DNA of 64,000 bases from Candidatus Heimdallarchaeota archaeon. Lineage in GTDB: Archaea > Asgardarchaeota > Heimdallarchaeia > Hodarchaeales > Hodarchaeaceae. Under the pieces are notes generated by a model that was not told the DNA's origin, did not search any database, and worked only from the letters and a program-made list of their open reading frames with translations. The DNA is taken from the NCBI GenBank assembly GCA_020353515.1, contig CP070695.1:2802155-2866154 (forward strand), given 5' to 3'. Positions 49,638-59,965 of this stretch are shown here, piece by piece. The position numbers and the translations under genes were made by a program. Each line of letters begins with the position of its first letter. Position 1 is the first letter of the stretch.

Positions 49638-52358
49638 TTATTTTTTCTTAAGTTTTCGAATCGAAATCACTAGTGTAACTAAGGCTACGAGAAGTATGAA
49701 GCTATCCATACTTGTTGTGATGTCCGAGCTCGTTGAGGTAGTCCCTGATGATGGGTTTATGACACTAAACGCCTCTGAGATAGACTCTGCTGTTACCCCT
49801 TCCGAACAGGTTGCTACGACTTTAATCCGATAACTGAGGCCGTTCGGTACTGTAGTCGTATCCCACGAGTAACTAGTGGTGGTCAAGCCGCTCACAAGTG
49901 GAGTCCACGTTGCACCATCATCTGCAGAGAAATACATTGTGTAATTGAGGGAGTGTCCGAATGGATCAAAAGATGCACTCCATTCGATACTGACAGAACC
50001 GCTAAGCATGTCTCCGCTCTTGGGAGAGGTGATATGAAAGGTAGATAGCTGATGAGGCGAGTTTACAATGAAAAAAGTCTCAGTAGAAACCACCTGTGCA
50101 ATGAAGCCTAAAGAATCCACAGCCTGAACTTTGAGTAGAATGTACGATCCATCTGAAATGGTTGTAGTATCTAAAGTATAATCTGTAGTGATCATACCTG
50201 AAGTGAGAGTTATCCAACTTCCTCCGTCATTTGGAGAGTACAAGACCGAATAGGTGAGAGGATGACCAAAAATATCCATTGAAGTAGTCCATTGAATAAG
50301 TACAAGGCCAGATAGGGTTAAATTTTCAGTGGATGGAGCCAGAATTACGGGTGCTGACAAATGATATGGATTTAGTCGAGGGGAGGGATCCTGATTCCCG
50401 AGGCTACCTTCTATAGTATATATTGCATATACTCCCGTACCAGTCCAATCACTCCAGTAATTCTCATAAAACACATTAGTTGAACCCTCATCTGTAGCTT
50501 GAGCGAGGTTATTGGACAGGTCATTTTGCGAGATAATACTGTTTAACAAGTCGGGTCCAATTCTTAGTCCCCATTCATTATTATAAAACAAATTGAATGA
50601 GACCGTAATATTATTACCAGAAAAAAAATCAATACCAGCTTCGTTATTATAGAAAAAATTCCTGAAAATAGTGATATTATTGGTATCACCTCCTGAAACG
50701 ACCCCATTGATATTATCATGTATACTGTTATATGTAATGCCAGAATTGTTTGAACTACCAACATCGATAGCAAATTCAGTGTGAAAAACAGTATTATCGA
50801 AAACATTATTGTCTTCAGAGCCACCAAGACTTATTCCCCATCGATCTCTTGTTAGAACTGGCATATAAATAGTGTTTTCGTTAATGGTGGTGAAACGTGA
50901 CCCGGACCCAATGTGAATTCCTATATTATTGAAATTATGAATTCTATTTCTGATGATATAAGTATTCCCTGAATCATCTGAAGAAATTCCTTTGTCATTA
51001 TTGTCGTACAGTGTGTTGTTACACAAAGTATTATTGTCATTCCTACTATAAATTCCTAAACCATCGAATAAACTTAAGATAATCCCAGTCATCATGTTAT
51101 TATAGATTGAATTATTGAGAACAGAGTTATTGAGGGAGCCAAAAAGGTGAATTCCATCATTAGCATTATTAAATACTTCATTGTCAGCAATTGTGGTAAA
51201 ATTAGCTGCTGCAACGCTGATTCCATGCCTACCGTTACTTCTGATAATATTATTGGAAACAACTGAATTCTTGGAACGAAGTATTAGTATTCCATTGTCA
51301 AAATTATCAAACACCGTGTTATTGAAAATATTAGCAGAGGAACAATCAACAGTAATACCACTAGTCCAGTAATCAGGGAAACCAGACCCAAAACGGAGGC
51401 TATTATTAAAGCAGGTGTTATTGAAAATGGAATTGAAAATATCTAGATTGATTGGAATTGTATAGATGAGAATCCCACTTGCTCCACTATTATAGATGGT
51501 ATTAGAGAAAAGGGTATTATTGGTGGAATCAGCATCCGCTATCTTAATTCCATTTAAATAGCTATTATAGGCTGTATTATGGGAAATGGTGTTTTCACTG
51601 CAAGAGAAGAGAGAAATCCCCGAATAAGGGTGATCGTGAACGTAGTTATCAGAAATGAGATTGTGACTAGAATTACTTAGACTTATACCCGCTCCACCTG
51701 AATTATAAATAGTGTTGGATCCGATTGTATTGTTTTCTGAAGCTGAAACCATAATCCCGTCCCAACCATTATTATAGATCGTATTGTTGTAAAGAGTGTT
51801 ATTATGAGAGGGAGTCCCTTCACCCAGTCTGATCCCATCCTCACTGTTATCAAAAATGGTATTATTGGCTACAATGTTGAAATCTGATCTCCTAGCAACA
51901 TTAACACCAGACCACCCGTTGTTAATAATGGTATTATTGACAATGGTCCCATGAATGACTTCATCAAAATAAACCCCATTTCCAATAGTTCCTAAGCCAT
52001 TGATAAGGCAATTAGCAATACGGAAATAATATGTAGTACTCCGAATGTCTATGAGTCCGACTAACGTATCACTTGGATCTGTAATATTATAATTCTCAAT
52101 CCTGATAGGATCATCAATAGTGCCTCGACCAGGAAAAGTAGCATTTAGCAGTACATCTGAATCAATAAAAATTGGTCCACTTTCGACGTACATTTGAGTA
52201 CTGGTAATTTTTGGAGATGGTATTCTCGGTCGTGTGGGTATTTTATTTGAAAATAATTCTTCTGGAGTGGATAGGAGTTCATAGGACGATAAATAAGGAA
52301 TCATTCCAAATACAAGAAGAAATCCTATGAATATACAAAAAGATTTATCGAAATTCAC
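49638..52358 (-). CDS. Cell-surface parallel beta-helix (NosD-like) protein with two FN3/Ig-like repeats and a C-terminal membrane anchor
   Basis: Signal peptide; many NNTIYNN..GI repeats; NYWSDW; two YS.DGG.W repeats; S/T linker, TM helix, KLKKK. Confidence 0.9.
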   Translation of the reverse strand: MNFDKSFCIFIGFLLVFGMIPYLSSYELLSTPEELFSNKIPTRPRIPSPKITSTQMYVESGPIFIDSDVLLNATFPGRGTIDDPIRIENYNITDPSDTLVGLIDIRSTTYYFRIANCLINGLGTIGNGVYFDEVIHGTIVNNTIINNGWSGVNVARRSDFNIVANNTIFDNSEDGIRLGEGTPSHNNTLYNNTIYNNGWDGIMVSASENNTIGSNTIYNSGGAGISLSNSSHNLISDNYVHDHPYSGISLFSCSENTISHNTAYNSYLNGIKIADADSTNNTLFSNTIYNSGASGILIYTIPINLDIFNSIFNNTCFNNSLRFGSGFPDYWTSGITVDCSSANIFNNTVFDNFDNGILILRSKNSVVSNNIIRSNGRHGISVAAANFTTIADNEVFNNANDGIHLFGSLNNSVLNNSIYNNMMTGIILSLFDGLGIYSRNDNNTLCNNTLYDNNDKGISSDDSGNTYIIRNRIHNFNNIGIHIGSGSRFTTINENTIYMPVLTRDRWGISLGGSEDNNVFDNTVFHTEFAIDVGSSNNSGITYNSIHDNINGVVSGGDTNNITIFRNFFYNNEAGIDFFSGNNITVSFNLFYNNEWGLRIGPDLLNSIISQNDLSNNLAQATDEGSTNVFYENYWSDWTGTGVYAIYTIEGSLGNQDPSPRLNPYHLSAPVILAPSTENLTLSGLVLIQWTTSMDIFGHPLTYSVLYSPNDGGSWITLTSGMITTDYTLDTTTISDGSYILLKVQAVDSLGFIAQVVSTETFFIVNSPHQLSTFHITSPKSGDMLSGSVSIEWSASFDPFGHSLNYTMYFSADDGATWTPLVSGLTTTSYSWDTTTVPNGLSYRIKVVATCSEGVTAESISEAFSVINPSSGTTSTSSDITTSMDSFILLVALVTLVISIRKLKKK

Positions 52359-52555
52359 TTTTTTTCCTTCCTTAAATCCTCTACCATCTATTTAGGAATG
52401 CTCATTCAAAAGATAGAAGGATAGGTTCTAATTGGACACTAATTATTTCTTTGAAAACTGACTCGATATTGAACTTAGACTGGATAATTGAATCAATAGC
52501 CAATTTTCTTCTTCTTAAATCAGGACTATTCAATATTCGTCCATTCTCGTAAAAA

Positions 52556-54271
52556 TCAACCATAAAAAACCTCTTGCTTTTCTTTCAATCGGGAAATTGC
52601 TAGCTTAAAGGCCTCTTTTAAGATGAAGAGAAGCTTAAAACCCTTGGGGGTGATTGCATAATTTCTAAATCGGGCGTCACGTAAAACTTTGTCGCTAATG
52701 AACGATTCGATATAGTGCAAGTCAGTGAGTCGTTTGATTTCTTTGGAGAGAGTAGAGCGAGGGATCTCCATACTTTGCGCTAATTGTGCAGGATTGGTAT
52801 CAGTCGGATCTTGATACGCAATTTCAATCAAAGTTAAGATGGTTCGCCACCTCAGTCCGGAGCGAAGATCCTTTTTTATGTCAGCGGGGAAGAACTCGAC
52901 TAGTGTAATGGTTTCTGCGGGTTTTAAGAGAGGCACAGGGGCTGGTTCAGGAAGCGCAGCCGCTTGAATATTTTCCAATCCAACAACGATTTTATGATAT
53001 AGAGGTTTGATACGGTCAATCTGGTCTGCTGAGGTAAAGTCAGTAAATGGTTCTTCAACTACAGGTTCCTTAAAGCGTGAAACATAAAGAAAATACCCCC
53101 CACCCATACTGGCTGTAATCCCAACTAAAACAACGACAAAAAACAGGAAAATTCCTGAATAGTCAGGCCTGCCTTTATCGATATTATTAATCGCTTGAAC
53201 AGATAACACCACGAGAGGATAGAGATCCGAATTATTGGCCCTCCCATCAATTAAATAGGGAGTATCTATAATCAGATCATCATTAGCATCGTCCTTAGAG
53301 GCCCAATCATCCCAATAGTTACCTAAAAAGGTATTACGCACACCAACATTAAAAGCTTGGATACCTCCTCCATTATTGCCTGTAAAATTATTATATTGGA
53401 GTACATTATCATTGGAGCCAACAGTGAGCTGTACCCCATAAAGTAAATTGTTTAAGAGTGTGTTATGCATAATCATGTTTTTTGAGGCGTATTCAAGGTG
53501 AATCCCCTGCTTTTGATTACCATAGATGGTATTGTTGGTGAGAAGGTTATTCTGAGCCGAATTAAGAAGCTTGATCCCAAAATAATTCTCAAAGATGGAA
53601 TTATTTACAAGCTGATTGGTGGAGGAGTTATCAAGAAGCAGACCACATTGCGAGAACGATCCAAGCTGGTGATTGTAAAGGATGTTCTGACTAATAGTAG
53701 TATTATCAGTATCCTTCATGTGAACACCGTTAATCCCATTATCATGAACACGATTGTTAGATACAGAACAATTAGTAGAGACATCAAGAAAAATACCAAA
53801 ACGTAAATTTGAAGAAATACTGTTGTTATGGAAAAGGGAATCTGAAATTGCAGTAGCATGAATCCCATCCTCAGCATTCAGAATGACATTCCCATTAATG
53901 AAGGCATGGTGGACATTGGAAAGATATATCCCAGCAGAAGCAGTTGACAGACCATCAAGAGAATTGTTATTAATCCAGAAATAAACGGTCGTATCACTAA
54001 TATGAATCAAAGCACCACTAGAGGCGGTGATATTGAGATGTTCAATTCGATACGGATCATCAAGAGTCCCCGTACCTGGAAAATCGTAAATAGCGAAATG
54101 GTCATTCATGGTAATTGTAATCGGTGAATGGAGGGTATAAACTTGAGCAATAATTCCTGGTAAACTATCTCTCAGACTAAATGGGGTATTATTATCGCTC
54201 TTATATATGTTCAAGTAATAGGTGAGAACTATAGTTAAAACAAAGAGGAGGAGAATCTTGGGTCGTTTCAA
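52556..54271 (-). CDS. Beta-helix ectodomain - TM - cytoplasmic winged-HTH fusion protein
   Basis: N-terminal signal/TM (TTG at 54271 is the likelier start); NosD repeats; GNYWDDW; TM; PAQLAQSMEIPRSTLSKEIKRL...DARFRNYAITPKG. Confidence 0.85.
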   Translation of the reverse strand: MKRPKILLLFVLTIVLTYYLNIYKSDNNTPFSLRDSLPGIIAQVYTLHSPITITMNDHFAIYDFPGTGTLDDPYRIEHLNITASSGALIHISDTTVYFWINNNSLDGLSTASAGIYLSNVHHAFINGNVILNAEDGIHATAISDSLFHNNSISSNLRFGIFLDVSTNCSVSNNRVHDNGINGVHMKDTDNTTISQNILYNHQLGSFSQCGLLLDNSSTNQLVNNSIFENYFGIKLLNSAQNNLLTNNTIYGNQKQGIHLEYASKNMIMHNTLLNNLLYGVQLTVGSNDNVLQYNNFTGNNGGGIQAFNVGVRNTFLGNYWDDWASKDDANDDLIIDTPYLIDGRANNSDLYPLVVLSVQAINNIDKGRPDYSGIFLFFVVVLVGITASMGGGYFLYVSRFKEPVVEEPFTDFTSADQIDRIKPLYHKIVVGLENIQAAALPEPAPVPLLKPAETITLVEFFPADIKKDLRSGLRWRTILTLIEIAYQDPTDTNPAQLAQSMEIPRSTLSKEIKRLTDLHYIESFISDKVLRDARFRNYAITPKGFKLLFILKEAFKLAISRLKEKQEVFYG

Positions 54272-54414
54272 GCGTAGTCCCAACCTACTTGAGTACACTG
54301 AGATAGTCAAGTCATGAACTAGGGGAAAGCTGATTGTAAGTTTAAAAAAGATTGCTCTAACATGGCAAAAATACCACATTGATAAATAAATTATTTAATG
54401 TCTAATTTAACCGG

Positions 54415-55656
54415 GTGATCTATAGGATATTGAAAAAAATGGTGAAGATTATTGTGCTAGGAGGAGCTGGGGTTGTAGGGCGGGTAACGGTGAAGACTCT
54501 TACTACATTTTCTGAAGTTTCAGAAGTGATCATCGGAGATATTGACATCAAGAAAGCCCATGAAATAGCTGAAGAGATAAATTCAGACAAAGTTCTCGTA
54601 TGTGAAGTCGACATCACCGACCCAAAAACTGTTCAGAACACAATAAGGGATATTGATATTGTCATAAATTGTGTGGGCCCCTTCTATAAATTTGGTCCTC
54701 TTATTCTAAAATCAGCAATAGAAACAGGAAGGAACTATGTTGATATTAATGATGATGTAGACGCAACACAAGAAGCCCTCAAAATGGATAATGATGCTAA
54801 AAAAATGAATATTACTGCTTTGATTGGGATGGGGAGTTCTCCAGGGATCACGAATTTGTTGGCAAAATTCGCGGCTGATCAATTGCTTGATGAAGTGCAT
54901 TCGATTGATCTCTATCATGCACATGGGGGGGAACCATTTGAAGGACCCGGAGTAATTTATCATCGAATTCACTCCATGAGTATTGATATCCCAGTTTTCC
55001 TTGAAGGCAAGTTTGTCTCTGTGGGTTTCTTTGACACCAATGGAAGAGCATTAGAAGAGGAAATTGATTTTCTGAAACTTGGAAAATATCGTGTCCATCC
55101 ATATCCACATCCAGAAACAATCACTCTCCCTAAATATATCAAAGATGTCAAGCGAGTCACAAACAAAGGCACAGTTATCCCCTCTGAATATTTCTATCTG
55201 ATCACTAACCTGGTTAAACTAGGACTTACTGATGAAGAACCTTTGACTGTGAGAGGAAACATAATCTCTCCCCTTGATTTCACAATTTCATACATCATTA
55301 AACAGAGAGAGAGAATATTGAAGGAACAGAATTTTGGCTCCCAACGGGGTTGCATAAAGATTGTTGTAAAAGGGAAAAAAGATGAAAAAACTCACACATA
55401 TATATTTTCATTGGCATCAGAGAACCAAGCGATGGGAGAGGCAACAGGCATCCCTGCTGCTATTGGCGCTGTCCTTCTAAATAGAAAAAAAATAACAAAG
55501 AAAGGAGTTTTACCACCAGAAGCTTGTGTGAATCCTCTAGATTTTTTAAATGTTATGCAAGAACATCTTGGACTTGAAACTGCCAGTGGAAAAGACTCAC
55601 CTTTAACAATTGAATCCATTGACGAAGATGGAAATAGTGAAATAATTACTTTATAG
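54415..55656 (+). CDS. Saccharopine dehydrogenase family oxidoreductase (start may be 54439)
   Basis: GGAGVVG, NCVGPF, YVDI, GSSPG, HPE and GVLPPE motifs. Confidence 0.9.
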   Translation: MIYRILKKMVKIIVLGGAGVVGRVTVKTLTTFSEVSEVIIGDIDIKKAHEIAEEINSDKVLVCEVDITDPKTVQNTIRDIDIVINCVGPFYKFGPLILKSAIETGRNYVDINDDVDATQEALKMDNDAKKMNITALIGMGSSPGITNLLAKFAADQLLDEVHSIDLYHAHGGEPFEGPGVIYHRIHSMSIDIPVFLEGKFVSVGFFDTNGRALEEEIDFLKLGKYRVHPYPHPETITLPKYIKDVKRVTNKGTVIPSEYFYLITNLVKLGLTDEEPLTVRGNIISPLDFTISYIIKQRERILKEQNFGSQRGCIKIVVKGKKDEKTHTYIFSLASENQAMGEATGIPAAIGAVLLNRKKITKKGVLPPEACVNPLDFLNVMQEHLGLETASGKDSPLTIESIDEDGNSEIITL

Positions 55657-55670
55657 TAAAAAGGATAGTT

Positions 55671-57242
55671 ATGTCAAACCAAAACAGTAAATATGTATTG
55701 GTGTTCGATCATGGAACATCAGGTGTAAAAGCTGCCATTTGTTCGATGTACGGAGAAGTTTTAGATTTTGTTTTTGAAAAGACACCAGTATATCTGATAG
55801 GAAAGAGTGGTGCTGAACAAGATCCCGATGAATGGTGGAAAGCGATAATTACAACAACACATCAGCTGATTGATAAAGATTTAGTTCCCATTGATGATAT
55901 CGTTGCGATATCATGTTCAAGTCAATGGTCGGGGACAATTCCTGTGGACGCTAATGGAAATCATTTAATGAATGCAATTATCTGGATGGATTCGCGAGGG
56001 GCCCCCTACCTGAAAAAAACATTGAAAGGGTTTCCGAAGATTTCAGGGTATCCATTGAAGGACATCATAAGATTTATTTATAAAACAGGGGGAGCACCAG
56101 GATTATCAGGAAAGGATCCAATTTCCCATATATTGTATATTAAAAATGAACTTCCTGAGATTTATGATAGCACCTACAAATTCCTCGACTGTGTTGATTT
56201 TTTGAATCTAAAATTCTCAGGAAAATTCGCGGCTTCTACTGGTTCTATTACCCTCCATTGGGTCACAAATACCCGTAATATCCGTAATGTAAGGTATGAC
56301 AATTCCTTGATAAAACGGTTTAAACTTGATAGAACCAAATTACCTGAATTAAAAGATCCTACAGAGATTTTGGGATCTGTAAAAACAACTGTTGCGGACA
56401 AATTAGGTATAAATCAGAATACAAAAGTAGCAATGGGTGCTCCAGATCTACTTTGTGCGATAATTGGCTCAGGAGCAGTAAAGGATTATCAAGGACATGT
56501 ATATATTGGAACTAGTTCCTGGGTGATTTGTCACGTCCCCTATAAAAAAACTGATATTTCTCACAATATAGTTTCAATTCCTGCAGTGATCCCTGAAAAA
56601 TATTTCGTTGTTAATGAACAGGAAAGTGCTGGAGCTTGTTTGAATTTCTTACGTGACAATATTTTCTATATTGATAATGAAAGCTACTTTGGAAATCCCG
56701 CTGCGTATGTAATCTTTGATAAAATTGTTGAAAATGTCCCAGTTGGGAGTGATGGAGTCATCTTTACTCCTTGGCTTTACGGAGAACGAACACCTATTGA
56801 AGACCATACGGTCCGTGGGGGTTTTTTTAACCTTTCTTTAAACACCAAAAAAGAACATTTAATCAGAGCAGTATTTGAAGGAGTAGCTTATAATACTCGT
56901 TGGGTCTTAAGATATGTTGAAGCCTTTATCAAGAGAAAAATGGATCCCTTGAATATTATTGGTGGTGGTGCTCAATCTGACGTATGGTGTCAGATCTATG
57001 CTGATGTATTGAACAGAACTATTCAACGCGTCGAGGAACCAATTCAAGCTAACGCAAGGGGAGCCGCTTTTCTTGCTTCTGTTGCTTTAGGGTACATTAC
57101 TTTTAATGATATTCCCAATCTCATTCAGTATTCTACAATTTTTCATCCAAAGCCAAAGCATGTGGAAACGTACAACCGTTTTTTCCCAGAATTTGTAACG
57201 ATCTACAAGAATAATCGAAAAATATACAAACGATTGAACTGA
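55671..57242 (+). CDS. FGGY-family carbohydrate kinase (xylulokinase-like)
   Basis: DHGTSGVK, EQDP, WMDSR, IGTS, GERTP, RAVFEG and GGGA motifs. Confidence 0.92.
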   Translation: MSNQNSKYVLVFDHGTSGVKAAICSMYGEVLDFVFEKTPVYLIGKSGAEQDPDEWWKAIITTTHQLIDKDLVPIDDIVAISCSSQWSGTIPVDANGNHLMNAIIWMDSRGAPYLKKTLKGFPKISGYPLKDIIRFIYKTGGAPGLSGKDPISHILYIKNELPEIYDSTYKFLDCVDFLNLKFSGKFAASTGSITLHWVTNTRNIRNVRYDNSLIKRFKLDRTKLPELKDPTEILGSVKTTVADKLGINQNTKVAMGAPDLLCAIIGSGAVKDYQGHVYIGTSSWVICHVPYKKTDISHNIVSIPAVIPEKYFVVNEQESAGACLNFLRDNIFYIDNESYFGNPAAYVIFDKIVENVPVGSDGVIFTPWLYGERTPIEDHTVRGGFFNLSLNTKKEHLIRAVFEGVAYNTRWVLRYVEAFIKRKMDPLNIIGGGAQSDVWCQIYADVLNRTIQRVEEPIQANARGAAFLASVALGYITFNDIPNLIQYSTIFHPKPKHVETYNRFFPEFVTIYKNNRKIYKRLN

Positions 57243-57633
57243 ATATGTTTCCTTCTACTGATTTTTTGGAAAAAGTTTATGCCTTTCTAAGGAAGCATGG
57301 TTTCCAATCGCCTTGGTAACCCTGATAACTCCTTAAGCTACTTAATGAAGAGATTTACTAGCTAATACAAACAGAGTACAAATGACGAAGACATGGCCCA
57401 GATGTCAAATAGTGAAATGTCAAGCCATGATGATACCATGGTATTATCAATTTTCCCGACATAATTGATTATCAGTTGAATGAAAGCAGGAATTACTTTC
57501 ATTAGTAAACATACTATTTTGAGAAAATGAGTCATAGTGCACAAGGGGTGGTAGCTAGCTGCAAAAAAACAGAAGAACTTATATACTTCTATGTATCGAA
57601 TATCTATGTATATTAATCAAGAAGGAATGTATA

Positions 57634-57996
57634 GTGTCTCTTGAGGAACGGCTTGAGAATGAGGTCACAGCTAATTTAATCACTTTTCTTCTGCTTAAAT
57701 GTGTCCAACAGTATGGTAGATCATATGGTTACCAAATGAAGAAATTTATCCAAGAAAAAACTGGTAAATCCATCCCAGAAGGAACCCTTTACCCCATTCT
57801 AAGCAAACTTAGAGACAAAAAGCCCCCACGATATGGGTACTTACGATCCTTTAGAGAAGAAGTGCAAGGAGGACGAAAGCGTAGATACTATGAGCTTACG
57901 GAACGTGGAAAGTCACAACTGAAAATCTGGCCTAAAAAATGGCTTGAATTAAATGAGTTCGTCCAAACAATCCTTAATCACCTTAATACGGAGTAA
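57634..57996 (+). CDS. PadR family transcriptional regulator
   Basis: YGYQM, EGTLYPIL and RRYYELTERG motifs. Confidence 0.93.
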   Translation: MSLEERLENEVTANLITFLLLKCVQQYGRSYGYQMKKFIQEKTGKSIPEGTLYPILSKLRDKKPPRYGYLRSFREEVQGGRKRRYYELTERGKSQLKIWPKKWLELNEFVQTILNHLNTE

Positions 57997-58009
57997 GAGT
58001 GATGATAAA

Positions 58010-59809
58010 ATGGCTAAACTTATTGAAAAATACCTAAATCAAATTGGAGAAAAGTTAAAGGACAAATCGATCCCAGCTGAATATATTGAAGAGTTTATTG
58101 ATAATTTAGCAGATCAATTGGCGACCATGCTCGATGAAGTCCAAGAAAAAGAGCCAACATTAAGTCTAGAAGATGCTGAAGTTGGTGTCTTGACCCAGAG
58201 TGAGCCAGTCGATCAAGTAGTTGGACAAGTGATCAAAGAATTAAAGACTGATGACCACTGGATACCTGTTGAACATATTACGAAAGCAAAATTTCTACAG
58301 CCATTTGAAACTATCACCCTTTCTCTATTAAATAGGCTTGATCGGGCGCTAATTTACTGTGAGAAACACGTTCGCAGGTTTTCAAAATGGTACTTTAAAC
58401 ACGAGAATCCTGTATTTACTAGTTTCACTTTTTTCATAACAATCATTCTTCTAACCGCTGCAGTGGGGATTATATTCACGTTTTTCCCTTCTGTGTATCA
58501 GACAACAACGCTTCCTGATAATAAAACCTATTACACACTCAATAGGCCTTTCGAGCCACCTGGCAGCTATGTTGAAATTATTTCAACAGAGATTTCTTCT
58601 ATTTTTCAAATGGTAATTATCATAATATTAAGTATTGGAGCCATTGGTTATATTGGCTGGAGACACTCCTATAGGTATACCCTGATGAGTGGAGCCCTTC
58701 TTAGTCTTCTTATCGGTTTGTTATGGATGTTCATGACACAAGATACAAGATTGTTAACAATTTCAAATCGTATCATCAAGGAAGGCCATTGGAGTTTCAC
58801 TTCTGATTGGGTAAGAGCAGCACCACCCACACTTGGAAATTTTAGTATTTTTGTGTTGAATTTCATTTTCTCGTATTGGTTCTACTATATCATATTCATA
58901 GTCCTTGTAGTCTCAATTGGTTTCCTTATTAAGACAATTATCAGGAAAAATAAGATAATTCACAGTCGACCTCGTCATCTAAATACTTTATTGACAATTG
59001 GATTATTACTAGGTTGCTTAGTGATAGTATTTAGTATTCCCACACCACCACGCCCTCCACGGATGTTACTCTACACGGATGCTCCTATTCCACCCACAAA
59101 TGAACCAATTATTTTTGAATTTGATATAGATTGGACCGCTGTATACCAAAGTAGGGGCCTATCTGAAGAATATTTTACTCGACTTAAGGAGTTTGGAGAC
59201 CTTGGATTTTATTTCTATGAATTTTTTAATTTATCATTATCCGAAGTAAATTTGGAGAACCCCGACCTTAGAAGTGAAGGATCTTTCACCCCAATTCTCA
59301 CAGAGGAAGAGGAACCGTCTATTTCTTCTCAACGACCATTTGCATTGTTGGGGCTCCTATATCACCCTAATCATTACAATGGCCTGTCTTTTCAAGAGAT
59401 TATCACTACTCATCTGAATGACTCTTACCCTTTCCGTGGATTCACCCCCTCAATTGATAACACAATCAAGACCATTGAATGGCATGTCAATGGAACAGAA
59501 CATAACCTTACTGTAAATACAATCAAGTATAGCTCAACAACAAATGGATCAGAATATATCTTCTCCTTTGATCGTGCAACTGGATGGTTGATGAAAGCAG
59601 AATTGACAAAAAGCAATGATACATGGGTAACTGGCTTAGAATTGGAAACGTTGACAATTACCAGAAGTTTTACTTATAATCAAATTGAGAATCCTGAAGA
59701 CTATTATAATCTTGACAATCTTTTACTGCTGATGTTTTTCCTGGGAAGTGGATTAGTTTTTCTCTCCTGTGAAGGATTCTACCTTGTGACCAAGAAAAAA
59801 AAGAAATAA
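58010..59809 (+). CDS. PadR-associated multi-TM protein with HAAS-like N-terminal helical domain
   Basis: IEKYLNQI...EEFIDNL N-terminus, about six TM helices, an ectodomain and a C-terminal TM + KKKKK. Confidence 0.75.
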   Translation: MAKLIEKYLNQIGEKLKDKSIPAEYIEEFIDNLADQLATMLDEVQEKEPTLSLEDAEVGVLTQSEPVDQVVGQVIKELKTDDHWIPVEHITKAKFLQPFETITLSLLNRLDRALIYCEKHVRRFSKWYFKHENPVFTSFTFFITIILLTAAVGIIFTFFPSVYQTTTLPDNKTYYTLNRPFEPPGSYVEIISTEISSIFQMVIIIILSIGAIGYIGWRHSYRYTLMSGALLSLLIGLLWMFMTQDTRLLTISNRIIKEGHWSFTSDWVRAAPPTLGNFSIFVLNFIFSYWFYYIIFIVLVVSIGFLIKTIIRKNKIIHSRPRHLNTLLTIGLLLGCLVIVFSIPTPPRPPRMLLYTDAPIPPTNEPIIFEFDIDWTAVYQSRGLSEEYFTRLKEFGDLGFYFYEFFNLSLSEVNLENPDLRSEGSFTPILTEEEEPSISSQRPFALLGLLYHPNHYNGLSFQEIITTHLNDSYPFRGFTPSIDNTIKTIEWHVNGTEHNLTVNTIKYSSTTNGSEYIFSFDRATGWLMKAELTKSNDTWVTGLELETLTITRSFTYNQIENPEDYYNLDNLLLLMFFLGSGLVFLSCEGFYLVTKKKKK

Positions 59810-59965
59810 CATAACAGGCATAGAAGTTAAGGACGCGCTCTTAGGAAGAAAAATTCAGTTTGGGATGTCTGAAACAGCATCATACTTTCTGAGAAAAAAA
59901 AATGAGTCTGATCAATAGAGACTTCTTCTTCTCAATATCAGCTTTTTCTAATAATCATCTAAGCC

